64,000 nucleotides of DNA from Glycera tridactyla. Its lineage: Eukaryota. Location of the stretch: the NCBI GenBank assembly GCA_965644265.1, contig OZ286462.1, positions 22,134,001 through 22,198,000 of the forward strand, in the 5' to 3' direction. Below, piece by piece: positions 13,422-24,849 of this stretch. The notes below the pieces were generated by a model, which worked only from the letters and a program-made list of their open reading frames with translations, was not told the DNA's origin and searched no databases. The position numbers and the translations under genes are program-made. Within the stretch, counting starts at the first letter, position 1. Each line of letters opens with the position of its first letter.

Positions 13422-13998
13422 GTGAGTTTCAAACATATTTTGATACACAGTTTACATTATCATTGAAAAGACACATAAACTTATGGATTTTTCTATTGAA
13501 GTCCTTCTTGCTCGACTGGAGATAGCATTGGTTGTGAACTCAATCAATTTGCCACTGTACCTACAAGTCAAGGTTTTGGCTTACATAGGATGCACGAAGC
13601 GATGGATTGGTTTCAGCGGCCAGCACCCCCTTCTAGCAACCGCCTCGGCCGCACTCGAGACCGTGAAATGTGATCAGATTCCGCTTTTTCGCCGCTCAAA
13701 TGAACTCACTTTCCCCGCCAAGCGGCTAGCAGCTAGCTTTCATTCCAGGAAACAAATAATTCGTTCAAGTCAATTAGATTTGAAGATTTAAAGCAGAAAC
13801 CAAAATGATCTCAGTTTGAAAAATCTTTTCTTTCATATAGACTGGCTGGTGCCAGTACCTGGAGTCGCAAGATGAAATCAGCAAGAAGTTCTCCTCCCTC
13901 CTGACAATGGCTGGTTTAGTAACTGATCAGCTTGACCTTGGTGTCACTGATAGAGGAACGGCCACACTTATGTGTACATCATTTACCCAAGAACAATA

Positions 13999-14054
13999 AA
14001 CAGCAAATTATCTAGGATGAGACTGAATCATGAGCTGAGACTTTTTCAAAATAT
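13999..14054 (+). repeat. Left terminal inverted repeat
   Basis: aacagcaaattatctaggatgagactgaatcatgagctgagactttttcaaaatat; its reverse complement is at 40002-40057 with one mismatch. Confidence 0.9.
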
Positions 14055-14305
14055 CTACAAAAAAGGAAAGTGCCCATTTTTTGAAGAAATGATTCATTCA
14101 AGAAATGGTCCTCATCAATATGTAGTATTGGATGAAATCCCAGAAGTTGGAGCTATCCCGCTGGTGAATGTGCAAACCCAGAGAGAACAGGATATTTGTC
14201 AATAAGTGAGTCATCATAAACAAACTCTCACCGACTGTCACCATGTGGATTTTTGCCAGTGAACCTGATGCATTCTGCCTGGAAACCAGGAAAATCACTT
14301 GTCAG

Positions 14306-15352
14306 TCTAACATTGTGACATGACACAACCTTAGAAAGCATGCTGCACATTGCTGCACAATGGACCAATTCATGCCAGACTAACCTTGTTCCATGGCACA
14401 ACCTTAGTCACTATGATGCATATTGCCTGGAAAGCCTGGACAGCCACTTGGCAGACTAACCTTGTGCCACAGCACAACCTTAGAAACTATGCTGTACAAG
14501 GGATCATTATCTGCCAGACTAACCTTGTGCCATGGCACAACTTTGGTCAGCATGATGCATATTGCCTGGAGACCTAGACAGCCATTTGCACACTAACCTT
14601 GTGCCATGGCACAACCTTAGAAACTATGATCTACAGGGGATCATCTGCCAGACTAACCTTGTGCCATGGCACAACCTTAGTCAGCAGGATGCAAATTGCC
14701 TGCAGACCTGGACAGCCATTCTGTAGACTAACCTTGTGCCACGGCACAAACTTAGAAACTATGATGTACAGGGGATCATTATTTGCCAGACTAACCTTGT
14801 GCCATGGCACAACCTTAGTCAGCATGGAGACCTAGACAGCCATTTGCACACTAACCTTGTGCCATGGCACAACCTTAGAAACTATGATCTACAGGAATCA
14901 TCTGCCAGACTAATCTTGTGCCATGGCACAACCTTAGTTAGCATGATACATATTGCCTGGAGACCTAGACAGCCATTTGCACACTAACCTTGTGCCATGG
15001 CACAACATTAGAAACTATGATGTACAAGGGATCATTATTTGCCAGACTAACCACGTGCCATGGCACAAACTTAGTCAGGATGATGGACATTGCCTGGAGA
15101 CAGCCACTTGGCAGACTGACCTTGTGCCATGGCACAACCTTAGAAACTATGCTGCGCAAGGGATTATTATTTGCCAGACTAACCTTTTGCCATGGCACAA
15201 CCTTGGTCAGCACGATGCGTATTGCATGTAAACCTAGACAACCACTTGGCAGACTAAGCTTGAACCATTGCACAACCTTAGTTAGACAGTATGCTACACA
15301 TGTACACCTGGACACCTAGACAGCCACTTGGTAGACTAACTTTGTGCCGACT
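14306..15352 (+). repeat. Left subterminal array: about 15 copies of ctaacc-TTGTGCCATGGCACAA-ccttag with alternating spacers
   Basis: 16-bp perfect palindrome core. Period alternates about 60-63 and 70-77 bp between two related spacer types. Confidence 0.95.
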
Positions 15353-15879
15353 AAGTTTATGCATGATGTTTATAGCCTATCAAATTGGACAATCACTTTG
15401 CAGACTGACAATCTATTATTGCATATCTCAGGTATCCCTAGGCTAGAAAATCACTGCCCCTTAACAATGCTACTATGGAATGTGTTTTTTGGCCAAGCCA
15501 TACATGCTACTCCTGAGTCAAACTGTTGAGTTTGAGTGGACAGATTTGGTCTTTGTTAAAGATGGACGTTCACCAGAGCATGATCTAAGTCAATTAAATT
15601 TCATCTTGGCGGAATGATGAACAGTCATTCAAGGTCTGTTTCAATTATCTGTATCATTGGAAAAAGTCACGAAATGATTCTCTGACAATAGTTAGTGATT
15701 TATACTCTCAAGAAATATTGACAAATGATTAGGTGTTCACAATTGAAGGGGGAATAGTATGAAAATCACAGACACTGTGGGTGTCATTTCGTAGTTGGAA
15801 AATTGCTAATTCAGATGCGTTAGAAAGAGTATCATACATTTCACAGACATACATACAAGTTCAAGGCAACTGACTGTTT

Positions 15880-15920
15880 GCATTTATTCAGAATCAGAAT
15901 CAGAAATGTATTTATTGCAT
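15880..15920 (-). repeat. LINE-type 3' tail, aataaa + (ttctga)n on the minus strand
   Basis: cagaatcagaatcagaaatgtatttatt on the plus strand. Confidence 0.5.
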
Positions 15921-16679
15921 ATGATGTGAATAGGAATTTGAATGAGTAATTGTTTAAGACAAGATGCGAGACAATGTCAATTTCAGCTAATATGATATGG
16001 ATATATACATAAATCCAGCTTGGCAGGTAAAGACAATATTACCAGTTGATAAAAGAGATGAAATAGGTTAGATACTCACATATCATGAATCAATTGAAAT
16101 AAAATACATACATCAATATGGGAATATCCACAAAGTGTATACAAAACCTGAGTTACAAACATTACTGATGAAGGAGATATAAGTGTGGCATATTCAATTC
16201 CAGACTGGTGCATCCAAAACATACCAGCCCAAGTGAAACTAGGGCTCTGTCACAGAGGTGACTTAGATAGCCTTGCCACCACTTTGATATTAAGAATGTA
16301 TGCATTATGGCCAAGATACAGCTAATCTGTCTAAAAAAGGCCACCACCTCCACATCATGCCTTTGTTGACAGTTGGTTTTAATAGAGGTGGTTTACTGGT
16401 GAAAAAAAAGGATCATGGTTGCAGTTTAGGGTGACATTTATAAGCAGGTGGTCTTTATAGAGAGGTGGTCTCTCAAGCAGGTTTGACTCTGCTAGTGCAT
16501 GCATGTGCGTTCTTGTGTGTTGAGGGTGTGTCATATAATTGTAGAGAGAGCAAAATAATGCAGAAGCATGTCTTTGACCAGAGAATCTTGAACAGAGAAG
16601 GAAAGCCAAGGGGAGTGTGAGAGGCCTTACACCATGCAGACAATTAATGAGCCTTGTTGATTTTGCTGTCTCAATTAAA

Positions 16680-16892
16680 TCACAGTTTCAAAGAACTGAG
16701 ATACAAAAATATTCTTTTTTCTTGAATAATTGGGGTTGACATATGTCAAGTCTCAATCCCATAGCTCAGAAAATGTTGAAGTAGTTTGCAGAACAATTAT
16801 TTGTGGAGAGACAGACCAACTGATCAACCGACCAACCCCCAGAGTGACTCCAATATAACCCTTTCAAACTTTGTTTGGGCAGGGGTATGAAT
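16680..16892 (+). mobile_element. Non-autonomous Helentron/HINE-like (pearl-type) element fragment
   Basis: GACA/GACC simple repeats are followed by a 3' hairpin cccc..caaac-ttt-gtttg..gggg. A similar end lies at 17350-17420. Confidence 0.45.
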
Positions 16893-17440
16893 ACCCACAC
16901 ACATACATGGATGCACACACACAAGCACCCACACAATCACACACTCCACATGATCACACACTAACACAGACAAATGTTTGATTCAGCCCTCTCAGTACTG
17001 GAAGTGAGCTATATGCTCCATGGTGAAATCAAACACGGGTGTTACATAATAAAGGGGAGAACAAAAGAAGCCTTGTCAGTTACTGAGAAGCTTACAAAAA
17101 CAATGAGATCAAAGGCAGGAGAAGTGTGTTTATTACAAGGAGGACAATACAGAGCAAATGAGCCAGGTTGGTTGCCTCAAAAATGCTGAAAACTGCATGT
17201 AAAAACCTATAGATTACAGTAAACCAAAAGTTGCAGAGACAAACAAATATGCCTATGCACACCTACCCCTCATGGGTAGCCCACATACCAGAATTGGGCA
17301 GTGTAGCTTCAATACAGTGAACCCAGCACATGCCGCAAATATTGTTTGCGGACAAACAGACGGACAGACTGAATCCAATATGCCCCCTACCTTTGGTTGA
17401 GGGGGGGGGGGGCACAATGATTTACCAATATGCTTGAAGA

Positions 17441-20400
17441 TTATATCTCATCATATTCAGCAAGCACATTGCGCGCATATAATGGGAGTCGACATCCCTT
17501 TGATGTCAGGGCAAAGCCTCCAGAAATTATACACTTCCTGGAGACTTCCTCCAGCCATGCCTCTCGTTCTTTGAGGCATGGCACCCAGGCAGTGGTCATG
17601 CACCCGGTGAACCACTCCAGGGTCACTTCCGTTTGACGAATCGCAACAATCTTTCCTACTTGGGGCCATTCGTCCATATATCTGATTTTATCGACCAAAA
17701 CCATATCACCGATATTGAGTCCTTCATTCCTGGGAGCCTTCTTCCCGATTGTGACAACCTAGAAAATATAGAAAGAATCTATCATCAGGGTGTGGAAATA
17801 CAGCATTAGTCAGGTAAATTTTCGGGGACATCCAGAGATGCTACATGTGCTAATTTTGGGTCCAAGACTAATTCTTGGCTATTGTTCTGTGTAGGGAGTG
17901 AAACTTTATATATTTGATGGATGAGATATGGACAAGTGTAATGTCCACATCGACTTCATTTCTATAGATGTACACTGGAAATCCATAGAACTATGGGCAG
18001 AGTTAATAAGGTAGGTAAAAGTTACATAAAAGTTCGAAACCTTACAAGCCAGCCTACCCTATGACCTCCAAACATCTTGTTTGTACAGATATTGTGATCA
18101 CACATCTCGAGTCTGATACTGACTCTGAAAAAATCAGAAATATCGAATGATTATGAGACTCTGATATAACAGACTCATAATGAGACTGCAGGACTTGATT
18201 CGAGTGTGTCTGTGCTCAAATGTTCATTCAATCCTCTCATAACTAGTCTTGGATAAGGCCTACATCACTCCCCACATAATCTACTGATATTTCTATTGTA
18301 CTGATCATGTAAAACTATTACCTCCCTGATAGATGGACTTTTGATTGATTGATTGACGAACTTTATTTTGGAACAGCATATACAATATATGTTGATATTA
18401 CATCCTTGGTCAGAACATTGTTCACGTCTAAGTTGTGTCAGTGGCAGCAAGAGTATTTTGAATATTACCTAGTCATTTTGTCAAAATATCGGTATATTTT
18501 TGGTAGTCATGTATAATAACTCTATCATGAGTAAGCAGTCGACTTCCTCAGTGATTCAGTATTCACATAAGATATGTAGAAGTATGCAGTGTATCAACTT
18601 CCGATATGTGAACAAAACAATATTCAAAAGGGTCTGAACCGAAGATAAGGATTGTCCCTTAGATATGCATGAATGTTTTCAGTTCAACTTCAAATGATTG
18701 GATAGGCATATATTCAAAATCATGGTAGGACTGGCAGTAATTGTTCCAAGTAACAGCAGCATGACATGTAAAAGCACCCTCGTTCAATTTCAATCTTGTT
18801 TGTAGTTTTTGCAATAGCCTCCTTGCACCAGATTGTTTGTCATGTTCATGTGATCACTCGACAAACTTGCACAAATTTGGCACTCCATACTTGATGACTT
18901 GTTGATGGGTTGTTAACTTCAGTCTAATATGTTCTGGAGTTCAGATAGCTACATGTCCATTGGACAGACTCATTGTTAAAACGTATCTTTTGAGCTTTGG
19001 ACTTACCGGATGTACTTTGTTAGCACAAGGTGCTCCCTCCATTTCCTCAGTCTCCTCTTCCACTCGTTCATTTGTTCTGAGACCGGGCAGAAGCCATTCA
19101 ACCACGACCACCTTTCCATCTGTAAACAATGATATAGCTGATGGAAGTATAAGCTTTACCTGCATATAGGAATGAAATGAAATGTTGGGGTTTTAGGTCC
19201 ATTTTCGGCACTTGAGTAGGCTGAATCAGGCCGCCTGCCAAGGAGGAGCAAAGATGAAGGGTGAAATGTTCCTGCATGGTAGGACCGGAGATTGAACCCC
19301 AGACCCATTGCACACAGCCTAGTATTCTACCACTAAGCCACCAAGGCAGGCCCTGCATATAGGATAGGGCCAGTTGAAATATATGATAATTGGTCGGTTT
19401 GCCAGTGAATCAGTTATGCACCTCAGCACTCAGTCAGCATGAGAGCATTTTCATATGACAAGTGTATGATAGTACTAGTTCATTACAAAGAAGATAATGA
19501 GTGGGTATCATTTTGTTGTTGTAATGTATATTTTACTTTGCACCACCTTCACACAACCTAACCTCAAGGAAATGACCCCAACACATTTTTTTCACTGATG
19601 TTGACAGTCTGCTGACTCCCTTAATTCATTCATTCAAGGCATGCAAGTCAACATAGTCATTGAGTCAGAAATTGAGCATTTGTATATGAGTGCAAAAAAT
19701 TACAAAAAGCTTTTTCATAGCAAGTATGTGGCTTGTCCCCCACTTGGTAACAGAAGCTAGGACATATGAGGTTCATGAGCAGCAAATTGACACTCCAGAT
19801 GATAGGTCTCTTTGAGTTATCCTGATGCATGACATGATATTTTGTCCTACCTTCACACAATCTGTCATCGATGAAATTACTCCACCACATTTTCTCAGCC
19901 GATGTGAGCAATCGGCTTGCCCCCGCAATTGACTCATTTAAGGCCCCCAAGTCCACTTTATCATAATTGCAAAGCACTTGTCGTGGGACACCACTTGGAG
20001 TTGACAAAATCAGTGGAGTTTCGCAGATGTTCCATCTCTGTTGCACAGAAAAAAGACATAATCATTTCCATGCAAAATGGCTAATGCACTGAAATTGCAA
20101 TGAATATTGTGGCAGGATGGTGTAAATTTGAGAATCTTCAATGTATCTGATATCCTCACCAATATCTGTGAAAGCAATCTTCATGATCGAGCTACTGTGT
20201 GATGAAAGATTCTTTGAGGGAATTCATCAAGGATACTAAACACATGATGGTTGGTGCTCCTTGTGACTAAAGTTCATGTTAACATCATCATTAAAGTCTT
20301 TTTTTTGCAATGTGGGCTGGTGCCTTTGTAAGGGTTTGGAATTAGGCAAAAGATAAATTCACTTCAGTAAATTGACATATAAGTATGTGAATCATGACCG

Positions 20401-23400
20401 AATGACATCATTTTATGGTTTATGAGGCTTTCTTCAGAAAGATTTATGTCCACAGCACCATGTTTGCTATGATAAACATATACGCTTCCTTATCCTAATT
20501 CAATTTGATGATATGATTAATGAATATTTATGCCCCTATTGTTGGTTGGGGGCAGGCTGTACCTGCCAAGTAGCTTGCCCCAGCCCAGCATGAAGGCCAG
20601 GGTGTGAATTATGGGTGGGTCTGCCAATGTTTAGCAGTATTCGACCATGTTCGGTGCTGAAACTACTTTTGCAAGATCATGCTAGATGATCAGACATGCC
20701 AACGCAGCTTTGGACTACCACATGTGAAATCCTTCTAGGGTTACATGCAAGCAACAAATGAGCTTGGTAGGTGTCGATTACAAACACACCATGATCAAAA
20801 GTTTAAGAATGATTCCAGCAATACTGACCTTGTCGGTTGACCATTCTTTGTAATTAATAAGGGCCCTGCCATCTCCATTTCGAACAATTTTGAAGGCATG
20901 CGGTGTTGAATGCCCCTTTATGGCTTGCAGGGCATCACCATCAAACCAGCCGCCAACATCATACAGTCCTGTGATGACCTCAGCAGCTGGAGATGGTGAT
21001 GTACATTCTGTCCATACTGTGAGCAACTTGTCTACAGTCTCTGCCGCTTTTCTTGTCAATGCCGTTGACAATCTATCAATGTAAAGTATCACATTTTTGT
21101 AACATGCTGGCATTATAATCAAATAAAAATGTCATTCATGTTTTGTCTCTTGTGCAAGTTCCTTCATATTTCCTTGGATTATTCAGTTTCTTTCAATGAA
21201 TTAAACATCACAATCACATCAAATTAGCACTATGGAATAGTCTTCGAAAAAAACGAGTATATCCTCAGATGTAGTGAAATAGTGATTATAAGTTGATTTT
21301 TGTGTGCTATTTTGTGCTATTTTGTGTGCTTCCAGAAATAGAAGGATAAGAAGCAATGTTTTTTGGTACAGCGATGAATTGATGCATTTCTAATAAACAA
21401 GGGCAAAATACAAACTCCACAAGATTTGGAGATATCAGTTTACACTGCACATCCAGAAACAAAGGCTTTATCTCATTTATCTGATCAAATATACAGATAT
21501 TGAAAGATCCAATTGAGAATTGGAATTACTTTGATAGCACGTCTATACCCGATAGTCAGCCTCTAGTTTGGGAAGTGTCATGAACTGATGGTCAAGGCAT
21601 GATACTTGCTGACTTTGATGTTGGAGGTTTGGTTTCAGGTTGATCATCACATGAATGTGACGTTTTCAGTGATGTATCAGTTGTTGAGTATTGCGGTTGA
21701 TACTTCACAGCTAAGAGAGAACTAAATTTCTCATGATCTCTTCCTCCAATTCTTGATAAAAGGATGACTATATGACCGTTGGGTGAGAATGCAATACCAA
21801 ATTCCAGAAACACACAATACCCAACTCGGCCTTCAGCCTTTTGACAACTGTTGAAATTTGCACCTCGTTTTATACTGCGTTTTTACGTCATGACCATATA
21901 GCCCTACTACATGATATCATGATTGAGTGTATTTCTGGAGTGACATTCAAGGAGCCACATTAGTCCAAATGATACCTCCTGATGCCAAATTCACACCATA
22001 CATGTTATCAATTCAATAATACATACATTTGAACAAATACGCACATACAGAACTAGTTGAAAATCATATCATTTTGTGCACAGATTCTCACCTTGAGAAA
22101 ATTTGGTCAATATCAGTATGCGTATGTCCTGTCATCAAGAATGACACTTTCACTTTCCTGAACAGCCCCATCTCAACCAATAAACACATCATGGCTAACA
22201 CAAACCTGCAATCATTATTAACACATGATTACATACTGAGAGTGACGTGCTCATCCCAGTAATTATGACTGATTCAGGTACTGTTAGATATGTCAGCAAC
22301 CAAGCATGTAAGGTTAGAATGAAAGGTTAGAATTTTTTGGTTACACACACACACAGTGGCACATATGATCAATTATCATCCGATGTCGAGTCTAGTGTGT
22401 TGGGAAGCTGCTGCGACCGGCCTGCCTTGGTGACATGCTTTACTTCAAGGGGGATTAGCGCTACGCGAATCCGCCCCCTGATTGGTCGCTTTGATCACGT
22501 GACTTTTTGAATCGGCGGGATTTTTCAAACTTTCAAGGCTTTCAAATGTCATTTTCTTTTGTTTTTAAAGTAAAATTGGATGATAAATTCAGAATGCATC
22601 TCATGCTGGGCACGTGAAGGCTGTATAGGCCTCATAGCAGTACCTGAGATGGCACAAGTGGCCGGGGATGGCTACTTGGCCTTCACGGCCTCCCCATGCC
22701 CGGCACTGGATGTAAGCCAAGAGAATGTATGTATGTTTCTTACCTATTTTTGTTTTCCCGAAAGCAGTTGTCCATCTGGAGATACAAAACTGGTGACAGA
22801 GAATTTCTAAAGTGATACAGAGTGTTCAATATCACATGGATTGTCATATTAGCATCATGAGGAAATTGGCCAAAGTCAAAGTATCCAAAAATACCGCGTC
22901 CATGTGCTATCACACCAGTCAAATGGACTTTCAGTTTCCACATAGTTGAGGAATACTTGGAAATATTCGCAAATCTTGGCAGGTACAGTTTACTCTGGTC
23001 CATCCCATCTGTTATGATGGACAGGTATTTTTCAGGATGGTCCTTGGCCTTTTGTGCATGCTTGGCATATTTCACTCTTTCATCCCTGCAACACAGTTGT
23101 TGAATTAGCCATCATGTGAATGCAAACAACTCCTCACACAATCTCATCACTTGAATGGTTGGTTGTTATCTAAATCTCATCCGCCCCGTGCAAGCTTATT
23201 CAGGGTCCTGTGAAATGCCTAGGGTTTCAGCAATTCAGGCCTATTTTCAATTCACTCATGTTCCTAGGTGTCATCCACAGACTCTCTTTGTGTGCATTAT
23301 CCATTGACTCAGATCTGTGCCTACCAGTGTATGCGAATTACCAGCACTATTTTTTCATATTTTTGGTGAAGATACTGCGGCATGGCATGACAGTCTTTTG

Positions 23401-24753
23401 TGCTTAGTAGATAGAATCAACAAATGGAAATCATCCTGTACAGGTTTTCTGTGCAATGGTGATTCGATAAGCTAGAGGAACGTATTTCTGAATGAACTCT
23501 GTGTGAGTCTATGAGTGTGTATGTGTGTGCATGTGTATGTTTGCCAACTCAATTTAGAACAGAGGTCAAAGTGCAATCTTCAATGTACAAAGTGCTTATT
23601 TAGTAATAAGAACACTGGTTGGGCAAATCTCACATATGCCTTTGCCTCCTTTTCCATTACAGAAATGGAAAAAGGGCTGTTGTTACCAAACTTGTAGGAC
23701 GGAATTTTAACAAAAGATTACTTTTTGAGCAAAAACATCGGAAATACTCATGCACAATTGTGGGTCGTATCAAACCTTTGTTGCTTAAGATGACAATCAC
23801 GTTCTTTCAGGAGAAGTCGCCGCTCATTCTTGTCTCGAGTGCGCTCAAGTATCTGCTTTATTTCTGTACATGGATCACATTTACTGAACCGGGAAGTCTA
23901 CAATTCAAAAAAGAAATCGACCTTTCAATCTTGCCAGGCAAATTTTTTGGATTCCTTATCAACCGTTCTTAAAATCTCATGTTCATGGATATCTTTTCTG
24001 AACATTTGCCAATAAGGAATACTGCCAGGGGCATCCCTGGAGAAGTATTCTAGTGTAGTTACAAAACTGTATCATGCACATCTTAAGATGACAAGGAAAA
24101 TGTACCTTGGGAATGGAAACATTAGGTCTTTCTTCTCGCCATACCCGAAGAAAGTGTGTTTGGGATATACTGATGGAGGTCTCTCTTCTCATCATGCCAT
24201 AGATGCTCCATTTTGTATAAGAACTAGGAAGGTTGATCTTCACTGAATCTGGCATCTGTAAAAAAATTTGAAAAACAGACCTTGAAATTGACAGCATATC
24301 ATTGAAATGATGATATTTCATTACTTGCAATTTTCCATTTTGATATTATTCCCCTGGGCATTAGAGAACCTAGTACAATGGACACCCACCAACAACATAC
24401 AGATTGATGCACTCGATACATGTACCGTGTCACCCACTAAATCTCATCGGATCTGAGAATTCAACAGTTACAAGCCACATTTCTACGATGATAATTCTAG
24501 GCACACAGTCAATCAATCAATTTCAATCCCATGATCACATCCTCATCATTATTGTGATGATGAAACTATAGAAATAGTAATTAGAATCATACATGAAACA
24601 TCAACAACAAAAATCATTTGCTGAGTCATTATGAGAAACTCAACTTGTCACCACATTTGCTGGCAAAGAGATCCAACCAGGCCACAGCTTGTGTCACATT
24701 ACTCGTACAGTTTCCTTGACGAGGGCCAGTGGGGTCATTCATCACAGCACCAT
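17441..24753 (-). CDS. Sola-like (Sola1-type) DDD transposase, at least 9 coding exons, 565 aa recovered, 5' exon(s) uncertain
   Basis: Exons 24753-24644, 24255-24106, 23897-23776, 23085-22744, 22205-22092, 21072-20829, 20037-19851, 19119-19007 and 17758-17441 join in frame (1700 nt) with no stops. Motifs: AWL..GDKMP, RFSKCDPC, DGMDQ, LYLQMDNCFRENKN, FLMTGHTHTDIDQIFS, GHSTPHAF. All junctions are GT-AG except the donor at 24643 (TTGAGT). Confidence 0.85.
19172..19351 (-). mobile_element. tRNA-derived SINE with 13-bp target-site duplication
   Basis: Minus strand: A box GGTGGCTTAGTGGTAG, B box GGTTCAATCTCC and a (catttc)n tail. cctgcatatagga is duplicated at 19159-19171 and 19352-19364. Confidence 0.85.
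21560..21900 (-). repeat. Dispersed repeat, inverted copy of about 35450-36000
   Basis: The reverse complement of 21830-21900 (tatatggtcatgacgtaaaaacgcagtataaaacgaggtgcaaatttcaac) matches 35488-35540. The tttggtattgc..catatagtc block is also shared. Confidence 0.7.
22440..22530 (+). promoter_or_regulatory. CpG-rich promoter-like island inside a transposase intron
   Basis: GC box ccgccc 22471-22476, inverted CCAAT (attgg) 22481-22485, E-box tcacgtga 22495-22502 and ggcggg near 22514, in otherwise CpG-poor DNA. Confidence 0.5.
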
Positions 24754-24849
24754 CTAAGGGATAGAAAATGTAAGATTGATGTCTCATGTCTCAATGAAAA
24801 CTCGGGCAGCCTGTCTTATCATATAGTGAGATTGAACCTGAAAGTGAGG

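Noticed and set aside
13617-13998. CpG-rich start of the intron insertion as the true left end of the giant element
   Set aside because: No inverted partner was found near 40060-40730; probably a separate earlier insertion that the element landed in.
14350-15319. Repetitive ORFs (CHGTTL / NLVPWH / KVVPWH)
   Set aside because: Translations of the DNA repeat, open on both strands and in several frames, with no splice or coding signal.
14306-15352. CRISPR-like look of palindromic repeats with 30-45 bp spacers (also 39303-39843)
   Set aside because: Eukaryotic context and no cas genes. Spacers are two recurring related types rather than unique sequences, and the arrays mirror each other inside TIRs.
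16400-16492. Mariner/pogo-like MITE end (gaggtggtc..gcaggtttgactct; similar end near 44800-44852)
   Set aside because: Only one terminus was seen at each site; no matching TIR or TA duplication was found.
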